From the NCBI GenBank assembly GCA_903892035.1, contig CAITGV010000002.1, forward strand, positions 1,714 through 65,713: a stretch of 64,000 nucleotides of DNA. Reading direction: 5' to 3'. The position numbers were made by a program, and so were the translations under genes. The DNA comes from an uncultured bacterium. GTDB lineage: Bacteria > Patescibacteriota > Minisyncoccia > Phycocordibacterales > UBA9973. The notes under the pieces were generated by a model. The model was given only the letters and a program-made list of their open reading frames with translations. It did no database searches and was not told the DNA's origin. Shown piece after piece: positions 50,301-56,799 of this stretch; position 1 is the first letter of the stretch; each line of letters opens with the position of its first letter.

Positions 50301-51174
50301 AGAAGTGATTACCTGTAAATGTCATATTTATAGTGTCATCAGTTTCTCCATTGTTGACCAATCCCACAATACCTCCGACATTACTATGGTCAGACGTAAT
50401 ATCACTTTCTGCATATGAATTGGTTAAAGTAAAACTAGCATTATTATTTACGTACAAATTACCTATAAGCCCACCCACATTATTATCAAATGAACTTATG
50501 GCTCCTGTGGTATGAAAACTATTTGTTATATTTACAGCAGTGGTACTACTTTCAGATTGTTGATAAGAATCATATATTTGCCCAATTAGTCCTCCCACAC
50601 TACCGTAACCTGAAATAATTCCCGTAGTTGAACAGCCTGTAATGTTAACAATATTATTATTTGTATTCGTTAAGTAACTAATAAGACCACCGACATAAGG
50701 TGCATCTGTGGTTGATACATTTGCTGTCACGTGATCATTTGTAAGCGTAAGTCCTCCATCATTTACAGTAGCAATAAGTCCACCGGTGTTGGACATACCA
50801 CCACCCACAATACTTCCAGCAACGGTAAGGTTTGTAATTGTCGCACCATTTGTCTGACCAAACAGACTAGCGTACCAATCTCTAATATTTATATCAACAG
50901 TAACCGTATGATTATTACCATCAAATGTTCCCGTAAACGGGTCGGTTGTTGCAACTTCAATATCATTGCCTAAATCCTCACCAGCTGGCCCACAATTTAA
51001 ATCATTTGCAAGAATATAACTGCCAGCTAAATCATTATTAATATTTTGGAAATCGTTACAAGTAGAAATAGAAATCGGCCCATCAGCCTTTGTGCTATTA
51101 ATATTAAATAAAACAAAACCAATTATTGATAAAAATGTGATAAACAAAACAGATGAGAATTTTTTGTAATTCAT
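44308..51174 (-). CDS. giant (2288 aa) cell-surface protein: signal peptide, GLUG-motif modules, 7-blade beta-propeller of about 48-aa repeats (GloVer/TIGR03803-like), further beta-rich region, FN3-like domain, Gly run, PG_binding_1-like C-terminus
   Basis: Uninterrupted 6.9-kb ORF. Seven repeats of pattern G-x-N-P-x-x-x-L-v-x-V-x-G-i-L-Y-G-T-T-x-x-G-G-x-x-G-x-G-T-I-F-S-F-N-P-S-N-S-T-Y-T-D-I-H-D-F (about 46570-47583). C-terminal LNGNITANGG ... CGTTFHYQAYATNSAG and KALQIFLNANGYIISKTGAGSPG. Confidence 0.85.
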   Translation of the reverse strand: MNYKKFSSVLFITFLSIIGFVLFNINSTKADGPISISTCNDFQNINNDLAGSYILANDLNCGPAGEDLGNDIEVATTDPFTGTFDGNNHTVTVDINIRDWYASLFGQTNGATITNLTVAGSIVGGGMSNTGGLIATVNDGGLTLTNDHVTANVSTTDAPYVGGLISYLTNTNNNIVNITGCSTTGIISGYGSVGGLIGQIYDSYQQSESSTTAVNITNSFHTTGAISSFDNNVGGLIGNLYVNNNASFTLTNSYAESDITSDHSNVGGIVGLVNNGETDDTINMTFTGNHFSGNITSDGSNVGGIFGDFDVINYIQTADLNINILNNYSSGLIHGYSGVGGLSGYMDIWADGTYDTNVVVSTNHSDATVSGVDSRVGGLIGDLELSTLGSVGLNFNFNKNYSTSTVTSGANSAGGLIGYYYSDDESGSNLLNATLDQNYFAGASVVGTSYVGGLIGQTYITNTPTIISNSYSTGNVSGSSGAGGFGGYIQDSTITNSYSSGNVDGISAGSDIGGFIGLSDLNNISNSFSFGTLTNLDTGGSFAGGDFGDYDSVNNFYDRTKSGIPGCVSGVDISGCTAVNTDGHSPNYFKGNFTNAPLDQWNFQNIWDADGGHLPTLHNLTSDDVAQTTVQSSIATCADFENINNNLSGDYVLTTDLDCRGEANNIMVGVSTPFSGSFDGQGHTIQIAINDVNDNYSSAGLFNQTNNAIIQNLNITGNITELYEQVGALSGYSQYSIISNVNSSVIVTGGTSYTGGLIGSTINDVVSGSSATGNVISSTDDIGGFIGYDSNSVIDTSFATGNVTVGNDMDTAGGFIGGADNTSILQSYASGNVSITYGGGGFIGYADHVNFQDVYASGNVTSSYEAGGFIGYGGSYNTYTNTYASGNVDGVSGGDSGGGFAGQNGDDTYVNSFSTGSVIHFDSSYGGFAGHDYDSGNHYTNNFYDQIASGQTGCVGTSDISGCNAVNTTDSPNSTYFQNTHSQAPLSAWNFTDVWQTNTGTLPTLQAFGTSNHAVTITGYESHDVEVSPTNPGVLSGNVSKTFTKDGTYWITALSGGGYDSQVYKISKDLTGIVNPKYTINWTGHGDANNTMHTSLYIWNFDTSAWETLQSQVGCTGSPSDCSLSGTKTGTKYNDGSGNTWVWAKAEKAGEPLISNIYFDGIGNFNWNTDVASNSEVVYDSRPHATWQEFLDATSHHDGANPRDALVEVNGIFYGTTEYQGPNGYGTIFSFNPANSTYTVVHNFDLTHGSNSQATMINVSGILYGNTVYGGAYGYGTIFSFDPSNNTYTDVYDFDNTHGANPYNALVDVGGILYGSAYASSNNYGAIYSFNPSNSTYTDIHDFDSTNGANPYTELLNVNGVLYGGTVNAGTNGYGTIFSVDTTNGNAFTKLHDFDNTSGAYPYAGFTDVGGILYGTTQSGGANGQGIIFSFNTSNSTFTDIHNFNGTDGNSPQASLLNVNGILFSTTVYGGVNNQGTVFSFNPSNSTFTDIHDFDGTHGRNPNAPFVESNGTLYGTTYGGQGSIYSINPTNNVFTLKYYINDFNAGYLSALGDSTTSHNLNNGGMSASSLYFMVRSTTSDNHTNTSPLQGPFSASCPYLFTWDGHEYKFITDVSTSGAPDLGMSGALWKANPWYQDPNANSTYAQPLAYAQMPSGSLVPHTVNGETYYDIKNTTELNEVDYYDQAQLQIIDHSANVNVYPDYRDNGTIHTVSKNASAPVSVTDENGRDVKNLVAQDDNMYWHSTVTPNATPSYLQVKLSNDSTTPANLKLVIKRGKEGPYPTKPSDISRDKFQYKNSSGVFVDMPADKNPFITTRADTTHASRNLVNAEGTQTKVIDLSGMNIKDNTIRIISMSNIRQWDIDYLAVDTTPDETVTVTNEPAYSANLGFRGVSQKELTNPSDPKMKLEQPVYDTLTNAFVGNQITGNATKYGDVTSLLSDVDNKFVIMVQGDELSLKYAVPTQADGTVRDFIYKSWDYQKNYGRPLGDTILPLPFNEMSSYPYHDTESYPTDADHQVYQDTYNTRVIKFSGNGADIVPNQIHHSLNTDIFSLAVTAGPVSQPTIATPTSSSVTISGAVLNGNITANGGENSTVHGFYYGPTNSYGSQTTITASFSTGTFTSTITGLACGTTFHYQAYATNSAGTGVSPDATFITSTCPTNTNISHGGGGGGGGYIAPPTTNQPPASNTNNNSSIGNGGSGDTNPLLVLKKTLSYGNLNLTIKALQIFLNANGYIISKTGAGSPGNENNYLGLKTVAAIKKFQKANKLQQTGALGPLTRALIKKMILAGK

Positions 51175-51198
51175 AGTAAATATAGTATACCACTTTTA

Positions 51199-51218
51199 CC
51201 CCCCCCAAAAAAAAAAAA
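51199..51218. repeat. Homopolymer tract C8 A12 (G8/T12 on the coding strand) 25 bp upstream of the 2288-aa gene start
   Basis: Read directly: ccccccccaaaaaaaaaaaa. Confidence 0.9.
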
Positions 51219-51245
51219 TTTATGCAATATTTTCTGTGGATAACA

Positions 51246-51288
51246 AATAGCGTGGCGGGGTACTCCCCGCCACGCTATTTGTTTTTTT
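51246..51288 (+). terminator. Strong GC-rich hairpin AAATAGCGTGGCGGGG-tact-CCCCGCCACGCTATTT followed by TTTTTTT on the plus strand only
   Basis: Read directly. 16-bp perfect stem. The U-tract is on the plus strand although both flanking genes are minus-strand. Confidence 0.55.
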
Positions 51289-51306
51289 ATTTAATATAGA
51301 ATTAAA

Positions 51307-51951
51307 TTATTTCTTTTTAGGAGTTGGTATTACACTAATCATTTTTGCACCAGTGATATTTCCATTTGCATCTTTTGTTCCACCAATAACCATTACATTT
51401 GCACCAACAGCTAAGTCAGACAAACTTGCACCCTTTTTACCAGACATACTTACTTTTGCTTTTGCATCAGGAGTAACTGTAATTGACTTTGATGTAGAAG
51501 TTGCAGTTTTTCCATGACCAGTTCTTTCACTTGTAGAAATTGTAAGTGTGCCATTGTCATTTGCTGTTACAGTACCACGAACAGGTCCCATTGTATTTTT
51601 TGCTAAATCACCACCTTTTGGTGCAGGCATTGAAATGACACGAGTTGCTGAAATATTGTTACCCGAGATTGTTCCTTGAACTGCAATTCTTGCACCAGAT
51701 GTAATATCTGCAGCTGATTTTGTTTTATTACCAACAAACTTTGCATTTGAAGTATCTACTGTATAAGTAGTTGGAGTTTTTCCGATTGTTGTAATTGTAA
51801 TACTTGCTCCACTTATTGCTGTCACATTACCCATTACCATTGGGACGTGATTTTTTGCTATTTGTTGAGTATCTGTCGCAGCGTGTGCAACACCACCCAA
51901 AAACATAAATGACAAAACTAAAAACGAAATTGCTAAATATTTTTTTGACAT
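51307..51951 (-). CDS. hypothetical secreted beta-rich protein (DUF5666-like), upstream neighbour of the giant genes
   Basis: Signal peptide MSKKYLAISFLVLSFMFLGGVAHA. T/S/G-rich repeated beta-strand-like segments (GNVTAISGASITITT, GTVTANDNGTLTIST). Confidence 0.45.
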   Translation of the reverse strand: MSKKYLAISFLVLSFMFLGGVAHAATDTQQIAKNHVPMVMGNVTAISGASITITTIGKTPTTYTVDTSNAKFVGNKTKSAADITSGARIAVQGTISGNNISATRVISMPAPKGGDLAKNTMGPVRGTVTANDNGTLTISTSERTGHGKTATSTSKSITVTPDAKAKVSMSGKKGASLSDLAVGANVMVIGGTKDANGNITGAKMISVIPTPKKK

Positions 51952-52061
51952 ATGATTTTTTTATTTAAAAACTAATAATAAATTTACAAACGATATGTAG
52001 ATTATATCACACACACCATTCTTACATAAACTATACGCACTGTGAATAACTTTTGGTGCAA

Positions 52062-52673
52062 CTATTTTATAGCAAAAACTTTTACACCAGCAGGGCGGAT
52101 TATGCGAGCTTGCCCTGAAGGACTTGAAGGGTCGCCGAGTTTATAACCAGACTGAACAATCACAGCAATAGTATGTTCTTTTTCTTTGTCGTCTGTTTCA
52201 ATAGTCTCCATTGATTGATGTAAATTTGGATCAAAAGTGTCCCCAACTTTTGTTGTCATTTGTGAGACATTGTAGTCAGCTAAAACTTTTAAAATTTGCT
52301 GATGAATATATTCCACACCGATACGCCAATTTTTATCAACTTTCTCCCATGCTTCACGGTTTGAAAAAGCCATATCATACGAATCAAGCGCAGGTAAAAG
52401 ATCTAAAATAAAATTTTCTTCAGCGTAACTACGGACACCTTTCAATCTTTCAGCTTCATCTTTTTTGTAATTTATAAAATCTGCGCGTTCACGCTGAAGT
52501 GCTGTGAGATATTCACCTTCCTTATTTTTTGCTTCTTTTAAATCTTTTCGTACTTTCTTTAGAGTTGCTTTTAAATCTTCTTCACCGTCAGCATTATAGA
52601 CGAATTCAACAACATCTTCTTCTTCTGGAATTATATCTTCAGTTTTTATTTCTTCTTCATTCATAACGTGCAT
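52062..52673 (-). CDS. grpE: nucleotide exchange factor GrpE
   Basis: Acidic N-terminus. Coiled region LTALQRERADFINYKKDEAERL. C-terminal beta domain. 203 aa. Confidence 0.9.
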   Translation of the reverse strand: MHVMNEEEIKTEDIIPEEEDVVEFVYNADGEEDLKATLKKVRKDLKEAKNKEGEYLTALQRERADFINYKKDEAERLKGVRSYAEENFILDLLPALDSYDMAFSNREAWEKVDKNWRIGVEYIHQQILKVLADYNVSQMTTKVGDTFDPNLHQSMETIETDDKEKEHTIAVIVQSGYKLGDPSSPSGQARIIRPAGVKVFAIK

Positions 52674-52690
52674 TATAGCGGAAATTTACT

Positions 52691-52718
52691 AAAAAAACAA
52701 AAAACTCCTTTCGGAGTT
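52691..52718 (-). terminator. Hairpin AACTCC-tttc-GGAGTT followed by T-run on the minus strand, downstream of rpsI
   Basis: Read directly. Confidence 0.5.
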
Positions 52719-52732
52719 CTCTGCTTTTTGTT

Positions 52733-53140
52733 TTAACGTTTTGACCACTGTGGGGCTTTGCGGGCTTTCTTGAGACCGAATTTACGGCGTTCTTTTGCTC
52801 GAGGATCACGTTTTAAATAACCAGCTTTTTTAACAACATCGTGAAGTTCTGCATTGAATTCAACAAGACCGCGAGCAATACCGTGTCTTACAGCTTCTGC
52901 TTGTGAGTGAGAACCTCCACCGTTTACATGAACAGTAATTTCAAATTTATCAGAAATTTTTGATTCACTAAAAGGATCATTTATTATTCCCTTTAATTCA
53001 TTTGTTGGAAAATATGCATCGTATTCTTTTTCGTTTATCAAAATACTCATCTTTGTAGATGGAGTCATGCGTACGCGTGCAGTAGAAGTCTTTCTGCGAC
53101 CAACTGTTTCTATATATGAATTTGTTTTCTTTTCTGCCAT
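52733..53140 (-). CDS. rpsI: 30S ribosomal protein S9
   Basis: C-terminus GGGSHSQAEAVRHGIARGL ... KRDPRAKERRKFGLKKARKAPQWSKR. Confidence 0.95.
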   Translation of the reverse strand: MAEKKTNSYIETVGRRKTSTARVRMTPSTKMSILINEKEYDAYFPTNELKGIINDPFSESKISDKFEITVHVNGGGSHSQAEAVRHGIARGLVEFNAELHDVVKKAGYLKRDPRAKERRKFGLKKARKAPQWSKR

Positions 53141-53144
53141 ATTA

Positions 53145-53492
53145 TTATTCGCTAACTGTTAAATTTTTCATCATTTTTGCACGCAATTTATTGCTTGGTA
53201 ACATTCCGTAAATTGCTAAATTAAAAATTTCTGCATAACCTTTTTTACCGATTACATGAGCCATTTTTTCTTGAGTAAGTCCGCCTGGGTATCCAGAATA
53301 ACGAGCGTAAGTTTTTGCTCCAAGTTTTTTCTCACTCAATTTTACCTTTGATGCATTTAGTATAGTTACTTGCCCTCCAGTAATTTTATTTTTTTCAAAT
53401 GCAGGTGTATTTTTACCAATCAAAATCTTCGCAGCTTCACTTGCTACACGACCAATAGTTCTTCCTTCTGCATTAATAGTATATTTTGTCAT
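53145..53492 (-). CDS. rplM: 50S ribosomal protein L13 (short form)
   Basis: N-terminus MTKYTINAEGRTIGRVAS and GKKGYAEIF ... KLRAKMMKNL match L13. Adjacent to rpsI. Confidence 0.9.
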   Translation of the reverse strand: MTKYTINAEGRTIGRVASEAAKILIGKNTPAFEKNKITGGQVTILNASKVKLSEKKLGAKTYARYSGYPGGLTQEKMAHVIGKKGYAEIFNLAIYGMLPSNKLRAKMMKNLTVSE

Positions 53493-53495
53493 AAA

Positions 53496-53849
53496 TTAAA
53501 CAAATTCAATTACTGCCATTTTACTTGCATCTGAAAGACGCTTTGGCAACTTTGTAATTCTAATATATCCACCTTTTCGATCCTTGTATTTTGGTGCGAT
53601 TTCATCAAAAAGCTTCTTTGCAACTTCTTTACTGTTCATCATTTGTGCAACAACAAGTTTTCTAGAAGCAATATCTCCAGCCTTTGCTTTAGTAACAAGC
53701 TTTTCTGTATATGGACGAAGTTCTCGTGCTTTCGCATCTGTAGTTGTAATTTTTCCGTGATTGATAAGAGAAAGTGCAAGCGACTTCATCAAAGCGCTTC
53801 TTACATTTTTTTCTCTTCCAAATTTTCTTGTTGAATTATGATGTCTCAT
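53496..53849 (-). CDS. rplQ: 50S ribosomal protein L17
   Basis: MRHHNSTRKFGREKNVRSALMKSLALSLINHGKITTTDAKAREL. Confidence 0.95.
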   Translation of the reverse strand: MRHHNSTRKFGREKNVRSALMKSLALSLINHGKITTTDAKARELRPYTEKLVTKAKAGDIASRKLVVAQMMNSKEVAKKLFDEIAPKYKDRKGGYIRITKLPKRLSDASKMAVIEFV

Positions 53850-53850
53850 T

Positions 53851-54828
53851 TTATTTTAGCGTAATGCCATACGCGCCTAATACTTTTTTAATCTCTGCAA
53901 TTCCCTTCTCTCCAATTCCTTCAATCTCAAGAAGATCCTCTTTTTTCTTTCTTGCAATACCACCAACTGTGCGAATGTTTGCACCAGTCAAAGCATTTAA
54001 TGTGCGAGTAGAAAGATCAAGAGTATCAACACGAGTTTTAAGAAAATCTGCAATTTCTTCTGTCTTTGCTCCATCTTTAGAATCTTTTTCAACTTCTTTA
54101 GATGAAGATTTAATTTCTTTTTCAACAACTTCTGCTGGCTTGAAATCAACGATAGCACTCAACTGAGCAATCATTGTTTCGATAGATTTTTCTAGAGCCT
54201 CACGTGCAGAAATAGTTCCATCTGTTTCAATGATCATGCGTAGACGGTTGTGATTTGTTTTATCACCAACACGCATATTTTCAACTTCATAAGAAACACG
54301 ACGGATTGGAGAGAAAATTGCATCAACTGCAATAGTTCCAATATCTACTTTTCCTTTTTGAATATTTTCTTTCGAAACAAAACCAAGGCCTTTTTCGATA
54401 TTGATTTCAATATTTAAGTTCTTTGATTTATCAGTAACTTCTGCGATGTAAAGTTCTGGGTTAAGTACTTCTATTTGACCACCAGCATTTATATCAGCAG
54501 CGGTTACAGACTTCAATCCTTTTATAGAGATAGTTGCAATTTGAGGCTCGTCACTTGTTAATTTGAAACGAACTTTCTTTAAATTTAAAAGAATTGTAAT
54601 AACATCTTCTTTTACTCCGTCCATTGTTGAAAATTCATGTTGCACTCCATCAATTTTAAGTGATGTAATAGCTGCGCCAGAAAGAGATGATAGGATTATA
54701 CGGCGAAGACTGTTACCCAAAGTATGACCATACCCTGGATAAAGGTTATCTATTTCATACACGCCTTTATGCATCTCTTCTGAGACGATACGAGGCTTTG
54801 ATGGTAAAATTATACTATAGTCTGACAT
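53851..54828 (-). CDS. rpoA: DNA-directed RNA polymerase alpha subunit
   Basis: NTD motif GYGHTLGNSLRRILLSSLSGAA. CTD present. 325 aa. Conserved position between rplQ and rpsD. Confidence 0.95.
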   Translation of the reverse strand: MSDYSIILPSKPRIVSEEMHKGVYEIDNLYPGYGHTLGNSLRRIILSSLSGAAITSLKIDGVQHEFSTMDGVKEDVITILLNLKKVRFKLTSDEPQIATISIKGLKSVTAADINAGGQIEVLNPELYIAEVTDKSKNLNIEINIEKGLGFVSKENIQKGKVDIGTIAVDAIFSPIRRVSYEVENMRVGDKTNHNRLRMIIETDGTISAREALEKSIETMIAQLSAIVDFKPAEVVEKEIKSSSKEVEKDSKDGAKTEEIADFLKTRVDTLDLSTRTLNALTGANIRTVGGIARKKKEDLLEIEGIGEKGIAEIKKVLGAYGITLK

Positions 54829-54857
54829 ATATATTTATATAAAAATTAATTTTAAAA

Positions 54858-55466
54858 TTATCGACTATAAAACTCTAGCACAGTGTTAAAATCTAAAAAT
54901 CCTTCCTTGTTTTTTGGTTTATCTTTTACTTCTGCTTCCATCTTTTCTGGAGAAACTGAGAGCCAAACTGGAAAAGTGTAATTATTTAATTTCTTTGCTA
55001 AATCTGCAAACATAACACTTCCACGACTTCCTTCTCGAACTGAAATTTTACTTCCTGGCTTGATCGCATATGATGGAACTGTTGTGCGTACTCCATTTAC
55101 CAAAAAGTGTCCATGGGAAACCATTTGTCTTGCTAGAGCGCGTGTATGAGCAAATCCCATTCGGTAAACAGTATTATCTAGTCTTTGTTCCAATGATTCA
55201 AAAAGTGCATCTGCAACAGAACCATTTTTTACCTCAGTAGCTTTCTTTACATAATTTGAAAATTGTTTTTCAGAAACACCGTAAGAAAAACGAATCTTTT
55301 GTTTTTCTACAAGCTGTGATCCGAATTCAGAAAGAGCCTTTGGGCGCTTTCCTCCTACTTTTTTCTTGTGTCGAGCTTCAGATGAAGTAAATTTCGCAGT
55401 CTGGCATTTTTCAAAAACTCCAGATCCTAGGCGACGACATAATTTGAATTTTGGTCCGTGTATCAT
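54858..55466 (-). CDS. rpsD: 30S ribosomal protein S4
   Basis: KLCRRLGSGVFEKCQTAKF N-terminal Zn-ribbon-like region and S4 domain. 202 aa. Confidence 0.95.
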   Translation of the reverse strand: MIHGPKFKLCRRLGSGVFEKCQTAKFTSSEARHKKKVGGKRPKALSEFGSQLVEKQKIRFSYGVSEKQFSNYVKKATEVKNGSVADALFESLEQRLDNTVYRMGFAHTRALARQMVSHGHFLVNGVRTTVPSYAIKPGSKISVREGSRGSVMFADLAKKLNNYTFPVWLSVSPEKMEAEVKDKPKNKEGFLDFNTVLEFYSR

Positions 55467-55479
55467 AAATATTTAAAAA

Positions 55480-55911
55480 TTATACTCTTCGTGGCTTCTT
55501 AGCCTTTGGGCCATTGTGTGGCACAGGTGTTCGATCTTTAATACTTAAAAGTTCAAAACCACGAGCCATAAAAGATCTAATAACTGGCTCACGTCCGCTT
55601 CCAACTCCTTTTACAACAACTTCAACATCTTTGATTCCGATATTTTGAGCTTTTTCACCAATAATATCTCCAACCTTTGATGCAGCAAATGGTGTTCCCT
55701 TTTTAGCCCCACGAAAACCAAGTGAGCCAGCTGAAGACCAAAATATAGCATTACCCATTTTATCTGCCAACACAACCTTAGTATTGTTAAATGTTGCCTC
55801 GATATTTAGAATAGCAGTCGTAACTTTCTTCTTTGGGACCTTTGAAGTTACAACTGGAGCTTTAACTTCATCTTTTGTAACCTCTTCTTTTGTTATTTTT
55901 GTCTTTGCCAT
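55480..55911 (-). CDS. rpsK: 30S ribosomal protein S11
   Basis: ATFNNTKVVLADKMGNAIFWSSAGSLGFRGAKKGTPFAA core. Confidence 0.95.
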   Translation of the reverse strand: MAKTKITKEEVTKDEVKAPVVTSKVPKKKVTTAILNIEATFNNTKVVLADKMGNAIFWSSAGSLGFRGAKKGTPFAASKVGDIIGEKAQNIGIKDVEVVVKGVGSGREPVIRSFMARGFELLSIKDRTPVPHNGPKAKKPRRV

Positions 55912-55922
55912 AAATTTAAATT

Positions 55923-56303
55923 TTATTTCTTCTCAACTTTCTTTCTTCCTGATGACATTGTCTTTCGGACATTTCCACGAACTGTACGTGAATTTGTTTT
56001 TGTACGCTGACCTCGTACTGGCATCTTTCTTGTGTGACGTACTCCACGGTAAGCCTTGATATCTTTCAAACGCTTAATGTTTGCAGAAATTTCACGCTTT
56101 AGGTTTCCTTCAATTTTCAATTCTTCAACAATTTTACGAATTTGATTTTCTTCATCTGGAGTAATTTCTTTTGCTTTTTTTGTATATGGGATATTTACTT
56201 CATCTAGTATTTTTCTAGCACGAGAAAGACCAATACCGTAAAGAACGGTTAGGCCGATGTCTAGATGCTTTTCATTTGGTATTGTAATTCCTATGATTCT
56301 CAT
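55923..56303 (-). CDS. rpsM: 30S ribosomal protein S13
   Basis: MRIIGITIPNEKHLDIGLTVLYGIGLSRARKIL. Confidence 0.95.
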   Translation of the reverse strand: MRIIGITIPNEKHLDIGLTVLYGIGLSRARKILDEVNIPYTKKAKEITPDEENQIRKIVEELKIEGNLKREISANIKRLKDIKAYRGVRHTRKMPVRGQRTKTNSRTVRGNVRKTMSSGRKKVEKK

Positions 56304-56330
56304 AACTCAATCGTTTTATATAATAAGAAA

Positions 56331-56441
56331 TTATTGCTTTTGCTTATGTTTAGGTGTACTGCAGATAACACGCAAGTGGCCTTTTCTTTTGACCATTTTG
56401 CATTTAGCACATATTTTTCTGACTGCAGCTTTGACTTTCAT
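56331..56441 (-). CDS. rpmJ: 50S ribosomal protein L36
   Basis: Not in the ORF track (36 aa). Reverse complement reads ATG AAA GTC AAA GCT GCA ..., giving [36 protein letters not shown]. Canonical position between infA and rpsM. Confidence 0.85.
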   Translation of the reverse strand: MKVKAAVRKICAKCKMVKRKGHLRVICSTPKHKQKQ

Positions 56442-56519
56442 AATAAAATAATAAATTAATATACTCCTTATTTTCAAAGGAATATTTCCTTTTTTTAACT
56501 AAACGCTATCATACACTAT

Positions 56520-56741
56520 TTATAATCTTTTGACAACCCTTCCTTTTCCACCATATGGATCTATCAGGACCATCACCTTATCTCCTACTAAAATCTTGAT
56601 GCGATTCATTCGCATTTTACCAGACAAATATGCCAAAACTTTCTCACCATTATCGAGATCGACTCTAAACAAAGTACTGGGTAGGGCCTCTGTGACCACG
56701 CCAGGTAAAGTCAAATCTTTTTCATTATTTTGGCTATTCAT
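56520..56741 (-). CDS. infA: translation initiation factor IF-1
   Basis: LPGVVTEALPSTLFRVDLDNGEKVLAYLSGKMRMNRIKILVGDKVMV S1-like fold sequence. Confidence 0.9.
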   Translation of the reverse strand: MNSQNNEKDLTLPGVVTEALPSTLFRVDLDNGEKVLAYLSGKMRMNRIKILVGDKVMVLIDPYGGKGRVVKRL

Positions 56742-56799
56742 TCTTGTGGTAGTATCTTAACAAATATTTAAAATATAGTCAAATATCTATTGTGGAAAG

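Noticed and set aside
31259-51174. Dozens of 60-100-aa antisense ORFs inside the two giant genes (e.g. His-rich 32503..32706, Tyr/His-rich 33253..33474)
   Set aside because: Low-complexity translations of the complementary strand of Gly/Asn/Thr-rich repeat codons. They are embedded in uninterrupted 6.9-kb and 12.9-kb sense ORFs with coherent domain structure.
31259-51174. CRISPR array or other nucleotide-level tandem repeat array
   Set aside because: The periodicity is protein-level (diverged GLUG modules and propeller blades). No short direct repeats with unique spacers were seen anywhere in the window.
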